Shown here in pieces: positions 42,858 to 55,511 of a stretch of 64,000 nucleotides of DNA. Under the pieces are notes generated by a model, which did no database searches, had not been told where the DNA came from, and saw nothing but the letters and a program-made list of their open reading frames with translations. The DNA lies in assembly GCA_027020785.1 (NCBI GenBank), contig JALUVI010000009.1:3469-67468 (forward strand), in the 5' to 3' direction. The first letter of the stretch is position 1. Each line of letters begins with the position of its first letter. The stretch is from Planctomycetota bacterium. Its GTDB lineage: Bacteria; Planctomycetota; UBA1135. A program made the position numbers and the translations under genes.

Positions 42858-44864
42858 CTACTGGAGGGCGACTCCGGCCGAAAGGTGGCCGGCTCCGAGT
42901 ACTCCGAGGACGCGGGCGCAGGCCTCGGCCAGCGCGGCGTCGCCTTCCAGCATCGCCGCCTGGAACGCCTGGGCGTCGAAATCGGCGCCGGTTTGCGCGT
43001 GCAGGTCGGCGGCGCCGTCGGCGGCGGCGACCCGAACCGTGGAGCTGCGCCCGGTGTCGCCGACCACGCCGACGAGGACGTCGGCGGCGGCGGCGTCGCC
43101 CGCCAGGCCGAGCGCACGCAGCGCCGGAGCGGCGATCGCGTCGGCGCGGTCGGCGGCGCCGGCCAGGGCCTCCGCGGCCCCACCGGCGGAGCCGCGGCGC
43201 GCGGCGTCGAGCAGGGTCTCGGCGGCATCGGCGGCGACGGCCTCGTAGCCGCGGCGCTCGGCGTCGAGCTCGGGGAAGGCGCCGACGACGGTCGCGGCGT
43301 CGAGCGACTGGACCACCTCGGCGTCGTCCACCGAGGTCTGCTCGTTGCCGAGCACGAACACCGGCACCCCGGCCAGTCGGTCGTCCTTGCGCACCGCGGC
43401 GACGAAGGCGGCGGCGTACATGTCGGGCAGCGGATCGGCGACCACCACCGCGTCCACGTAGGTGGCGAGGTGGAGGTGGGTCAGACCGGCGCCGCCGTCC
43501 TCGGCCAGGACCGCGACCACGCCCTGCTCCTCGAGGTCCTGGGCGAGCCGGGCCGCGCGCTCGGCGTCGGGGTCGGCGATGACGACGACCCGCACCGCCT
43601 CGAGGGAGACGGCCTCGGCGAGTCCGGAGACGACCTCGGCGGAGAAGTCCCCCCGATGGCCGAGGGCCAGGGCGGCGCGGACCCGCAGCGACGGGTACTC
43701 CGAGGTCAGGGCGAGGTCGAGGGCGGGCCAGTCACGGCCGCCGGGGCCGTCCAGGGCACGAACCAGCACCTCGGCCACCACCGGCTGGCCGCTGCGTACG
43801 GCGTCCTCGAGCCCGGCGGCGATGGCCTCGTGGTCGAGGGTCAGGAGGGCCAGCCACTGCGCGGAGCGCTGCTCGGCCACGTCCTGCCCGGAGGCGGCCA
43901 GCCCGTCGAGGATGGCGACCTCGGCGGCGTAGACCTGGGCCACCATCGGCGCGGCGTCGGGGTGGCCGAGCTCCATCGCCCGCAGCAGGTGGTGCTTGGC
44001 GAGCTCCAACGGGACGATGGCCGGCGGCACCTCGTACCACTCGAGACGACGCCCCTCGACGGTCCACAGCACGCCCTCGTTCTCGGCCGGGCTCGAACCG
44101 TACTCGGGGTCGTGATGGAAATAGGCGAGTCCCTGCTCGAAGTGCGCCACCGCCGGGTCGGCGTGGGCGTCGTCGAGCACCTTCCGCGCCAGGGCCTGGA
44201 CCTCGGCGCTCGCGTCGTTCGCCGCCATGTCGGCGACGCGGGCGACGGCGCGCGGGTCGCCGAGGGCGTTCAGCACGTGCAGGGTGCCCAGGCGGACGTT
44301 CTCGTCCTCGGAGTGGCTGGCGGCGACCACCGGCACGAACACCGCCGACCCCATCCGCGACAGCGCGTAGATCGCGGCCAGCCGACGCGAGTGGTCGGGG
44401 TCGCCCAGCGCCTCCACGAGCGGCGGCACGCCGAAGGGACCGAAGCGGGTGGCCAGTTCGAAGATGGCCCGGTTGCGCTCGGCGTACGAGTCGGCGAACA
44501 CGCCCTGGGCGACCTCGGCGGCGGCCTCGGGGTCGCGCCGCATCTCGCGGTCGGCCGCGGCCGCCTTGCGCAGGACCTCCTTGGCGAAGGTCTCGAACTC
44601 GCCACCGGCGACCATCAGCTCGAGCAGCGCGTCCTGACTCGCATCGAGGAGTTGCATGGCGTCGGCCTGGGTCGGGTCCTGGGCGACGATCTCGCGGAAC
44701 TTGGTGATCGCGGTCTCGTAGTCGCCCTGCCGGTAGGCCTGCATGCCCTGGTCGAAGAGCTGCTGGAGGTCGCCCCGGTCCTGGGCGAAGGTGGTCGAGG
44801 CCCCGAGGACGAGGAGGAGGACGGCGACGGCGCCGCGCGACGCCAGGGTTCGGAGGAGGCTCAT
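42858..44864 (-). CDS. Secreted HEAT/TPR-repeat protein (668 aa)
   Basis: It has a signal peptide and a TPR-like 'GDYETAITKFREIV'. PBS-lyase HEAT-like units include 'LVEALGDPDHSRRLAAIYALSRMG' and 'LNALGDPRAV'. Confidence 0.55.
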   Translation of the reverse strand: MSLLRTLASRGAVAVLLLVLGASTTFAQDRGDLQQLFDQGMQAYRQGDYETAITKFREIVAQDPTQADAMQLLDASQDALLELMVAGGEFETFAKEVLRKAAAADREMRRDPEAAAEVAQGVFADSYAERNRAIFELATRFGPFGVPPLVEALGDPDHSRRLAAIYALSRMGSAVFVPVVAASHSEDENVRLGTLHVLNALGDPRAVARVADMAANDASAEVQALARKVLDDAHADPAVAHFEQGLAYFHHDPEYGSSPAENEGVLWTVEGRRLEWYEVPPAIVPLELAKHHLLRAMELGHPDAAPMVAQVYAAEVAILDGLAASGQDVAEQRSAQWLALLTLDHEAIAAGLEDAVRSGQPVVAEVLVRALDGPGGRDWPALDLALTSEYPSLRVRAALALGHRGDFSAEVVSGLAEAVSLEAVRVVVIADPDAERAARLAQDLEEQGVVAVLAEDGGAGLTHLHLATYVDAVVVADPLPDMYAAAFVAAVRKDDRLAGVPVFVLGNEQTSVDDAEVVQSLDAATVVGAFPELDAERRGYEAVAADAAETLLDAARRGSAGGAAEALAGAADRADAIAAPALRALGLAGDAAAADVLVGVVGDTGRSSTVRVAAADGAADLHAQTGADFDAQAFQAAMLEGDAALAEACARVLGVLGAGHLSAGVALQ

Positions 44865-44960
44865 GGGGAAGGGCGGACGTTCTTGGGAGTTCGGGCACGC
44901 GGGGCGAGCCAGGGCCCACCCCGTGAGGGAGCGAACATGATAGGAACCACCCCCCCGTGG

Positions 44961-46157
44961 TCAACCTCGGGACCCGTCCGACGGGCCCTGGGGCGGGGCG
45001 GCCCAGATCGCTCCGAGGACGGTAGGCCCCCGGGCGCCGGTGGTCTCGGGGCCCGAGGCCGGTTCCTCCAGCAGCCGGGCGTCGGCGAGGACGGCGAAGG
45101 CCACGGCCTCGCGGAGGTCCGGGTCGGCCCCCGGCCCCCCTTCCGGGGTCAACGCGGCATAGGGACGCAGCCGCTCCGCCCCGAGGCGCCGCTCCAGGGC
45201 GCGGACCAGGGCGCGGTTGTGCACGCCTCCGCCGCAGAGGTGCAGCGGCGGGCCGTCCGGAGCGGCCCAGTCCTCGCCGAAGGCCGTCAGGGTCGCCGCG
45301 ACCCCGTGGGCGGCGAAGGCGACCAGGGTGGCGAGGAGGTCGGCGGTCGGCGCCTCCGGGGCGCGCCGGCGCAGTCGCCGCGCCAGCGGCGCGCCGAAGC
45401 GCTCGAGGCCGGTGGAGCGGGGCACGGGCCGGGAGAAGAAGGGGTCGGCCAGGAGCTCTCGCAGGAGGTCCTCCCGAACCCGTCCCCGCAACGCCTCGGC
45501 CCCGCCCTCGTCCCGAGGCCGCCCGAGCTCGGCGCGCGCCAGGGCGTCCAGCGGGCCGTTCGCCGGCCCGGTGTCGCTGGCCCGCGGCGGCGCCTCGCCG
45601 GCGAGCAGGGTCAGGTTGCCGATGCCGCCGAGGTTCAGCAGGCCGAGGCGCGACGCGACGTGGCGGTGGCGCACCCAGTCGGCGAAGGGGCTGACCGGTG
45701 CGCCGTCGCCGCCGGCGGCGAGGTCGGGCCAGCGGAAGTCGGCGACCACCGGGCAACCGAGCGTCGCGGCGAGCACCGCCGCGCTGCCGAGCTGGAGGGT
45801 GCCGTCGCGCTCGGGCGCGCCGTCGTGGTGGTGGACGGTCTGGCCGTGGAAGCCGCAGGCCGCGAGCGAGGAGCCCGCGACCCCCGACGCGGCCAGGAAC
45901 GCGCGCGCGGCGTCGGCGAAGGCGCGCCCGAGCGCGGCGTGGGCGCGGGCCACGGCCGCGGGCCCGCTGCCCTCCAACGCACCGAGCGCCGCACGAGCCG
46001 TCGCGGGAAGCGGCGCGGCGCCGCCGTGGAGGACCTCGACCCGTCGCTCGGCGCCGGCGCCCGTGATGCGACACAACGCCAGGTCCACGCCGTCGGCGGA
46101 GGTCCCGCTGCAGACCCCGAGCAGGAGGCGCGGCGCCGCCGGGTCCGGGACCGCCAC
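44961..46157 (-). CDS. anmK: Anhydro-N-acetylmuramic acid kinase
   Basis: 'GVCSGTSADGVDLAL', 'LNLGGIGNLT' and 'CGGGVHN' are present. Confidence 0.9.
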   Translation of the reverse strand: MAVPDPAAPRLLLGVCSGTSADGVDLALCRITGAGAERRVEVLHGGAAPLPATARAALGALEGSGPAAVARAHAALGRAFADAARAFLAASGVAGSSLAACGFHGQTVHHHDGAPERDGTLQLGSAAVLAATLGCPVVADFRWPDLAAGGDGAPVSPFADWVRHRHVASRLGLLNLGGIGNLTLLAGEAPPRASDTGPANGPLDALARAELGRPRDEGGAEALRGRVREDLLRELLADPFFSRPVPRSTGLERFGAPLARRLRRRAPEAPTADLLATLVAFAAHGVAATLTAFGEDWAAPDGPPLHLCGGGVHNRALVRALERRLGAERLRPYAALTPEGGPGADPDLREAVAFAVLADARLLEEPASGPETTGARGPTVLGAIWAAPPQGPSDGSRG

Positions 46158-46187
46158 GGCTGCGACGTCAGCGCCGCGCGCGACCGG

Positions 46188-46961
46188 TCACGGTCGGGCG
46201 TCGGGGATGCGCAGTTTCCAACCGAGCTTCAGGACCGTGTTCTCGTCCTTCAGCTTGTCCGGGTTGGCGGCGACGATGCGCCCGTAGAGGTCGCCGCGCC
46301 CGTAGTAGCGCTCGGCGATGGTCCACAGGCTGTCGTTGGCGGCGACGACGTGCACCTTCTCGCCGGGGCGCGGGGCCGGCTCGGCGGCCGCTTCGGCCGT
46401 CTTCCGGGCGCTCCCCGAGCGGCCCACGTCGGGCAGGCGCAGCACCGTGCCCGGCTCGAGCCGGTCGGGGTCCAGCGAGGGGTTGGCCGCCTTCAACGCG
46501 TCCAACCAGTTCGGGCTGCCGAGCTGCTCGATGCACACGTCCCAGAGGGTGTCGCCCTCCTGCACCACGTAGGTGCGGGGCGCGGCCCCGGCCGGGGCGG
46601 TGCGGGGCGCGCTCGCCGGAGCGACCTCCACGACCGGGACGGGCGGCCTCTCGGAGCGTTCGCGGGCCGTCGGCAGGGAGCGGGTCTCGGCTGCGGGCTC
46701 GGAGCGACGGGCCGCCGCGGAACGGGGCGAGGGGACGGCGACCTCCTCGACCACCGGGCGGCGCGGGCCAAGCACCATCGGGGGCGGCTCGAGCGGCTGC
46801 CACTCGCCGCGGGCGCCGGCGGTCGCAACGCCGGAGCCGCCCGGGTCGGCGCCTTCGGCCGCACCGCCGCGGGGCTGCAGCCCCTCGAGCACGACCACCG
46901 CCACCAGGATGCCGACCAGGGTCAGCGCCCCGATCATGATCTGTCGTTCCAGTTTGCCCAT
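46188..46961 (-). CDS. Membrane-anchored protein with two LysM domains
   Basis: It has an N-terminal TM segment. The LysM units are 'YVVQEGDTLWDVCIEQLG...GTVLRLP' and 'HVVAANDSLWTIAERYYG...GWKLRIP'. Confidence 0.8.
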   Translation of the reverse strand: MGKLERQIMIGALTLVGILVAVVVLEGLQPRGGAAEGADPGGSGVATAGARGEWQPLEPPPMVLGPRRPVVEEVAVPSPRSAAARRSEPAAETRSLPTARERSERPPVPVVEVAPASAPRTAPAGAAPRTYVVQEGDTLWDVCIEQLGSPNWLDALKAANPSLDPDRLEPGTVLRLPDVGRSGSARKTAEAAAEPAPRPGEKVHVVAANDSLWTIAERYYGRGDLYGRIVAANPDKLKDENTVLKLGWKLRIPDARP

Positions 46962-46984
46962 GCGTGTCCTCCGCTCGTGCAGGA

Positions 46985-47013
46985 ACGATATCTGGGGGGT
47001 CCGACGATTTCAA
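46985..47013 (-). promoter_or_regulatory. Candidate sigma70-like promoter for the LysM gene
   Basis: On the minus strand it reads TTGAAA, then 17 nt, then TATCGT. A GGAGGA Shine-Dalgarno sequence and the ATG at 46961 follow. It lies in a locally AT-richer intergenic patch. Confidence 0.3.
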
Positions 47014-47030
47014 AGGAAAATGTGGTGGTC

Positions 47031-47753
47031 CTACATCTCGTGGTCCGCGCCGCCGTCGGCGGACAGGTCTCGTAGCCGACGGCGCACGGCGGCCTCCAGG
47101 CCCCGGTCGCGGTACGGCGAGAAGGGCCACAGTCGGCGCCAGCGCTGCCCGCGCAGGAAGGAGCGGGCCTCGTCCGCGCTCATGGCCTCCGGGGCGTAGC
47201 GGGCCAGCACCTTGAGGACGGCCTGGCGGTCCACCCGGGCCAACCACGGAGCGAGCAGGAGACGCCCCACCGGCCCCGGGGCGTGGGCGGCGCCGAAGTC
47301 CACCACCCAGGGCCGGCCCGCCGGGTCCACCAGCACGTTGCGGCGCTGGCGGAGGTCGAGGTGGTAGACGTGCCTCTGGTGCATCGCCTCGACGATGCGG
47401 CGCAGGGCGGCGGCGAGGGCCGGCGCATCGGCGGTGGTGCCGGGTTCGCCGAGCGGCTGGCCCTCCACCCACGAGAGGAGGACGGCGTCGCGGTCCACGC
47501 GTCCGACCAGGCGGGGCACGCCCTCGACCCCGTCGAGACGGCGCAGGGCGCGGACCTCGCGGGCCAGCAGCCAGCGCGCCAGGGGACGCCACCACGGCGG
47601 CGAGCCCGCACAGTCCTTCAACAGGAGCGGACCGTCGCTGCGCGACACGCGCCAGACCCCCGGCTTGAACCGCGACCCGCGGCTCAACAGCGAGACCGGG
47701 GCGCGCCGGAGGTCGCCGCGCGTCGGCGTCTCGGCCGCTCCGCCGTCGCTCAC
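47031..47753 (-). CDS. Small atypical protein-kinase-like protein (Kdo/RIO-like), about 240 aa
   Basis: 'YHLDLRQRRNVLV' is a catalytic-loop-like H.D....N motif and 'VVDFGAA' is DFG-like. I propose a GTG start at 47753 that overlaps the upstream gene's TGA (GTGA). The remainder of listed ORF 47031..48722 is read-through. Confidence 0.5.
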   Translation of the reverse strand: MSDGGAAETPTRGDLRRAPVSLLSRGSRFKPGVWRVSRSDGPLLLKDCAGSPPWWRPLARWLLAREVRALRRLDGVEGVPRLVGRVDRDAVLLSWVEGQPLGEPGTTADAPALAAALRRIVEAMHQRHVYHLDLRQRRNVLVDPAGRPWVVDFGAAHAPGPVGRLLLAPWLARVDRQAVLKVLARYAPEAMSADEARSFLRGQRWRRLWPFSPYRDRGLEAAVRRRLRDLSADGGADHEM

Positions 47754-48352
47754 GGCCACCAGCGGGCCATCGGAGACCAGCGGTCCACCTCGTGGACGGC
47801 GAGCAGGACCAGGGCGAAGACCAGGCCCCAGCCGAACTCGTGGTTCTCGGCGACGCGCTTCCAGGAGAAACGGCGGTCGTCGCCCGAACGCCACGGCGTG
47901 AGGCGCGGCACGAAGTCGGGCACGTTCTCGGCGTGGCGCCGGACCTGGTCGCCGAACAAGCGCTCGAGACGTGGATACTCCCGCTTCATCTTGCGCGGCA
48001 GGTAGACCAGGAAGAAGGCCGCGACCAGGACCACGGCGAAGCCCCAGACGAAGCGGCCGCGCGCGGTCTCGGGGTTGCCGGCGGCGAGGGCGACCCCGAC
48101 CAGGGCGAGGAAGCTGCCGAGGTAGGCCGGGTTGCGGGTGTGGGCGTAGGGGCCGGTCGTGACCAGGACCTGGTTCTTCTCGAGGTGGCCGAAGGCCCAG
48201 ATGCGCAGCAGCCAGGCCAGGGCGACCAACGCGGCGCCGATCCAGAAGGTGGTGGGGCGCGGGTCGGCGGTCGAGACCACGAGGAGGCCGGCGGCGTACA
48301 CCGCGGCCTTGCGCCAGGTGAGGCGCTTGGAAGCTCGTTTCTCGCTGCCCAT
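47750..48352 (-). CDS. Isoprenylcysteine carboxyl methyltransferase (ICMT)/phospholipid methyltransferase-family membrane protein
   Basis: 'LVTTGPYAHTRNPAYLG' is the family signature. It has 4-5 TM helices. Confidence 0.75.
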   Translation of the reverse strand: MGSEKRASKRLTWRKAAVYAAGLLVVSTADPRPTTFWIGAALVALAWLLRIWAFGHLEKNQVLVTTGPYAHTRNPAYLGSFLALVGVALAAGNPETARGRFVWGFAVVLVAAFFLVYLPRKMKREYPRLERLFGDQVRRHAENVPDFVPRLTPWRSGDDRRFSWKRVAENHEFGWGLVFALVLLAVHEVDRWSPMARWWP

Positions 48353-48396
48353 GTCGCCGGGGACGCGGCCCGAGGGGGGGGTGGGCGGCGCCGGGT

Positions 48397-51837
<3,441 letters not shown>

Positions 51838-51861
51838 CCCCCGCCGCCGCAGGCATTCCGC

Positions 51862-53652
51862 ATGGCCCGCTACCTCGTCACCTCGGCCCTGCCCTACGCC
51901 AACGGCCCCATCCACTTCGGGCACGTCGCGGGAGCCTACCTGCCGGCCGACGTCTGGGTGCGCCACCGGCGGATGTGCGGGGACGACGTCCTGTTCGTGT
52001 GCGGCACCGACGAGCACGGGGTCGCCATCACCCTGCAGGCCGAGCGCGAGGGGGTGGGCTACCGCGAATACGTGGACCGCTGGCACCAGGAGATCGGGTG
52101 CACCTTCGAACGCTTCGGAATCCGCTTCGACGCCTGGAGCGGCACCGCCCGCAGTCCGCACCACGTCGAGTTCTCGCAGCGCTTCTTCCGGGTGCTGCTC
52201 GAGCGCGGGTTCGTGTTCGAGCGCGAGGAGGAGCAGTGGTTCTCCGAAGCCAGCGGGCGCTTCCTGCCCGACCGCTACCTCCAGGGCGCCTGCCCCGAGT
52301 GCGGTCACCCCGAGGCCCGGGGCGACGAGTGCCCGAAGTGCGGCGCCTGGATCGAGGCGCGCAAGCTGGGCGATCCGATCAGCCTGGTGGACGGGAGTCG
52401 GCCGGTGCTGAAACGCACCAAGCACTGGTACCTCGACCTGCCGAAGCTGCTCGACGCCGGTCTGCGCGACTGGTACGAGGAGCGCAAGGCCGCCGGGGCA
52501 TGGAAACCGAACGTGGTCGGCTACGTGGACGCCATGCTCGCCGACCTCAAGCCCCGTCCCATCACGCGAGACCTGCCCTGGGGGGTGCCGGTGCCGCCGG
52601 AGCTGCCGGGCAGCGAGGGCAAGGTGCTCTACGTGTGGTTCGACGCGCCCATCGGTTACGTCAGCATCACCGAGGAGTGGGCCCAAGCGCAGGGTGCGCC
52701 CGAGTCGTGGCGCGACTGGTGGATGGACGCCGACACCCGACTGGTCCACTTCATCGGCAAGGACAACATCGCCTTCCACGTCGTGGTGTTCCCGGGCATG
52801 CTGCTCGGCCAGGACGCCGACCCGACGTGGCAGCCCGCTTCGCAGGCCCCCATCGAGCCGCGCTCCTTCGTCCTGCCGTGGAACGTGCCGGCGAACGAGT
52901 TCTACAACCTGCAGGGGCGCAAGTTCAGCACCTCGCAGGGCTGGACCCTCGACATGGACCGCTTCTTCGAGCGCTACTCGGTGGACGCGGCCCGCTTCCA
53001 CCTGGTGCTGACCATGCCGGAGACGGCCGACAGCGAGTTCCGCTGGGAGGAGTTCCAGACCACCAACAACTCCCTGCTCGCCGACAAGATCGGCAACTTC
53101 GCCTCACGGGTGCTGCAGTTCGCGCGCAAGCGCTACTCCGGACGGGTGCCGGGGCCCGCCACTCGCCAGCCCTTGCTCGCCGACCACGAAGCCCTGCGCG
53201 ACGCCCGCGCCGCCTTCGCCCGGGTCGGCGACGAGCTCGACGCGTTCCGCTTCCGCGCCGCGGCGCGGGGGCTGGTCCAGGGCTTCGCCGACCTCAACCG
53301 CTTCTTCGACGCGATGGAGCCGTGGAAGCTGGTCAAGTCCGAGGCCGACGACGACCGCGCCCGCTGCGCCGAGGTGGTGGAGCGCTGCCTCGCCCACCTC
53401 GAGCTCGGCAGCCGGCGGCTGGCTCCGTTCTGCCCCGACGCGGCCGCACGGTTGCGCGCCATGCTCGGGGAGGCGGCCCGCCCCGAGGACGCCGGGCGCT
53501 GGGGCGGCGAGGGGCCCGACCAGCCGCCCACACGCCTGCCCGAGGGCGCCGAGCTCGGCGAGGTCGGCATCCTGTTCCGCAAGATCGAGGACGCCGAGGT
53601 CGAGGAGGAGGTCCGGCTCCTCCACGAACGGGCCGGGGAACTCCGGGCCTAG
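51862..53652 (+). CDS. metG: Methionyl-tRNA synthetase
   Basis: 'PYANGPIHFGH' is the HIGH-type motif, 'CPECG...CPKCG' the zinc knuckles and 'KFSTSQG' the KMSKS-type motif. Confidence 0.95.
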   Translation: MARYLVTSALPYANGPIHFGHVAGAYLPADVWVRHRRMCGDDVLFVCGTDEHGVAITLQAEREGVGYREYVDRWHQEIGCTFERFGIRFDAWSGTARSPHHVEFSQRFFRVLLERGFVFEREEEQWFSEASGRFLPDRYLQGACPECGHPEARGDECPKCGAWIEARKLGDPISLVDGSRPVLKRTKHWYLDLPKLLDAGLRDWYEERKAAGAWKPNVVGYVDAMLADLKPRPITRDLPWGVPVPPELPGSEGKVLYVWFDAPIGYVSITEEWAQAQGAPESWRDWWMDADTRLVHFIGKDNIAFHVVVFPGMLLGQDADPTWQPASQAPIEPRSFVLPWNVPANEFYNLQGRKFSTSQGWTLDMDRFFERYSVDAARFHLVLTMPETADSEFRWEEFQTTNNSLLADKIGNFASRVLQFARKRYSGRVPGPATRQPLLADHEALRDARAAFARVGDELDAFRFRAAARGLVQGFADLNRFFDAMEPWKLVKSEADDDRARCAEVVERCLAHLELGSRRLAPFCPDAAARLRAMLGEAARPEDAGRWGGEGPDQPPTRLPEGAELGEVGILFRKIEDAEVEEEVRLLHERAGELRA

Positions 53653-53930
53653 GCCCGGGAGCCGACCGTCTCGCGCCAGGCCCGGGCGGCGCGGAAGACG
53701 ATGACCGACGAGGCCGGGAGCTGGATGGTCTCGCCGTTGGAGGGATGCTTCAGCGTCCGAGGGGCCCGCTCGCGGACGCTCCACGCCCCGAAACCGGGGA
53801 GCGTCACCTCGCCGTCCTCGGCCAGGCCCTCACGAATGCCCTGACAGACCACCTGGACGATGTCCTCGGCTGCGGAGCGCGTGGTCTCGAGCTCGCGGCG
53901 GACGTACTCGACGAGATCGCGTTTGTTCAT
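53649..53930 (-). CDS. HU/IHF-family DNA-binding protein
   Basis: 'MNKRDLVEYV' and 'LPGFGAWSVRERAPRTLKHPSNGETIQLPASSVIVFRA' match the HU arm region. The length is 93 aa. Confidence 0.85.
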   Translation of the reverse strand: MNKRDLVEYVRRELETTRSAAEDIVQVVCQGIREGLAEDGEVTLPGFGAWSVRERAPRTLKHPSNGETIQLPASSVIVFRAARAWRETVGSRA

Positions 53931-54027
53931 GAGGGGGCGCGGGAGGTGACGAAAGGGCGAACCGAGAAGGAGGGCAGGCCCTGGATTCCTGCGGAGTCCA
54001 GAGCCTGCGGGGCGTCCAAGGGACGGG

Positions 54028-54441
54028 TCAGCGCTTGCGGCGCGTGGTCTTCCGCTTGGCGGGCTTCCGCTTCGCGGCCTTCTTCTTGGCGGGCTTGCGC
54101 TTGGTGGCCTTCTTCTTGGTCGCCTTGCGCTTGGTCGCCTTCTTCTTGGTGGCCTTGCGCTTGGTCGCCTTCTTCTTGGTCGCCTTGCGCTTGGTGGCCT
54201 TCTTCTTGGTGGCCTTGCGCTTGGTGGCCTTCTTCTTGGTGGCCTTGCGCTTGGTCGCCTTCTTCTTGGTCGCCTTCTTCTTGGTCGCCTTGCGCTTGGT
54301 CGCCTTCTTCTTGGTCACCTTGCGCTTGGTCGCCTTCTTCTTGGTCGCCTTGCGCTTGGCGGGCTTCCGCTTCGCGGTCTTGCGCTTGGCGGGCTTCCGC
54401 TTCGCGGTCTTCCGTTTGGTAGCTTTCTTGCGAACAGCCAT
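54028..54441 (-). CDS. Histone H1-like lysine-rich repeat protein (137 aa; K/R/A/T only)
   Basis: The start is the ATG at 54441 ('MAVRKKATKRK'). The body consists of (ATKRKATKKK)n repeats. A perfect repeat periodicity is kept in frame. It has its own upstream region after the rpmB terminator. Confidence 0.7.
   Translation of the reverse strand: MAVRKKATKRKTAKRKPAKRKTAKRKPAKRKATKKKATKRKVTKKKATKRKATKKKATKKKATKRKATKKKATKRKATKKKATKRKATKKKATKRKATKKKATKRKATKKKATKRKPAKKKAAKRKPAKRKTTRRKR
54091..54360. repeat. Approximately 30-nt (15+15) tandem repeat array inside the H1-like gene
   Basis: Units of the form 'ggccttgcgcttggtSgccttcttcttggt' repeat head to tail, with a 15-nt phase shift near 54271. 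Confidence 0.9.
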
Positions 54442-54589
54442 GTCTTCCTTTTCTGGATCCAGTGGAAATCGGCGCAGCCGTCGCTGGGACGACCGGCCGG
54501 GGGGAGACGAACCCGCGATGCCGTGGTCGCGACCACGACATCTGGGTCCTTCCCCCCTGCCATCGGCGGACGGACCGTGGAATTCACCG

Positions 54590-54635
54590 GGAAAACCGAA
54601 AAAATGCACCGACCCCGACTCGGAGTCGGGGTCGG
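54590..54635 (-). terminator. Rho-independent terminator downstream of rpmB
   Basis: On the minus strand the stem is CCGACCCCGACTC/GAGTCGGGGTCGG (54609-54635). GGTGCATTTTTTCGGTTTTCC follows it. Confidence 0.6.
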
Positions 54636-54672
54636 TCGGGGAGGTCGGCGCCCGAGCGCCGAAGGGCGCGGG

Positions 54673-54987
54673 TCAGCCCTGGTCGCGGCTGCGCAACCAG
54701 GCGCGATTGCGCCCGCGCACCGCCTTCACGAGCGGCACGGTCACGGTGCGACCGCCCATCTCCAGCTCGAGCTTCCCGGACTTGATGACCGAGGTCGCGA
54801 GCTTCATCCGCTTGACGGTCCCATCCGGCAGCAGGACCCGGACCTTCTGCACGTTCGCCTTGAAGGTCCGCTTGGTGTGGCCGGTGGTCTTGAGGCCCAC
54901 GCCTCCCTTCTTCTTGGGGAGACCGCGACGGGCGATGCTTCCGCCCGCACGGGTGCCTTTTCCGGTGATTTCGCAGCGTCTGGCCAT
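54673..54987 (-). CDS. rpmB: 50S ribosomal protein L28 (long form)
   Basis: The start is the ATG at 54987. 'MARRCEITGKG' and 'TKRTFKANVQKVRV...DGTVKRMKLATSVIKSGK' match the bL28 pattern. Confidence 0.8.
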   Translation of the reverse strand: MARRCEITGKGTRAGGSIARRGLPKKKGGVGLKTTGHTKRTFKANVQKVRVLLPDGTVKRMKLATSVIKSGKLELEMGGRTVTVPLVKAVRGRNRAWLRSRDQG

Positions 54988-55364
54988 GGGGGTACCTCCT
55001 CGGTGAGAGGGGCCGCACAGTCTAGGGAGGGGCCGGGCGCCCGTCAATCGGGCCTCGCCCGGAAACTGGCCATCCAGGGTGTGCCGACCCGTGGCGCAGG
55101 GGCGACGCACGCCGAGATCGCGTCCCCAGGGCAGACCTCCCCCGGTGCGGGGCCTTCCTGGCCTCGCTCGGTGCCACACGGTGCGCCCCGAGGCCCCGCT
55201 CCGGCCCCGGACCCACCGATCCTGCGCTGCGACACCCCTGGAGACGCGCCAGGACCGCCCAGGTCGCACGTTTCCTCCGCCAGCACACCCTGGATGGCCA
55301 GTTTCCGACCGAGGTTGACCGGAACGCCGGCCGGAGGGACAATCGGCGCCCACTCCGGAGGAAG

Positions 55365-55446
55365 GCCGCGGGAGAGACCCGGCGGACGTCCGGGCACCGA
55401 AGGGGCAAGCCAGGCGGCGAAACTCTCAGGTACCCAGGACCGCGGC
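55365..55446 (+). promoter_or_regulatory. Glycine riboswitch aptamer
   Basis: P1 is GCCGCG (55365-70) paired with CGCGGC (55441-46). The core elements are GGAGAG (55371-76), CACCGAAGGGGCAA (55395-408) and CTCTCAGG...GGAC (55423-40). It lies directly upstream of gcvT. A degenerate second aptamer may lie at about 55238-55364. Confidence 0.75.
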
Positions 55447-55478
55447 CCGACGGAGCCTGGACCGTCTTCGGACCGGAC

Positions 55479-55511
55479 AGGGGCGCCCGACGCGGCGCCC
55501 CTTTCGCGTTT
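55479..55511 (+). terminator. Intrinsic terminator acting as the riboswitch expression platform
   Basis: The stem is AGGGGCGCC (55479-87) paired with GGCGCCCCT (55494-502), with a 6-nt loop. TTTCGCGTTT follows, and the terminator ends 3 nt before the gcvT ATG. Confidence 0.6.

Noticed and set aside
54035-55006. Plus-strand 323-aa ORF with a striking hydrophobic repeat, 'FFLVALRLVAFFLV...'.
   Set aside because: It is the reverse-complement mirror of the K/R/A/T repeat gene. It then runs antisense through the terminator and rpmB. It has no start context or signal of its own. The minus-strand H1-like reading has an ATG and lies next to HU.
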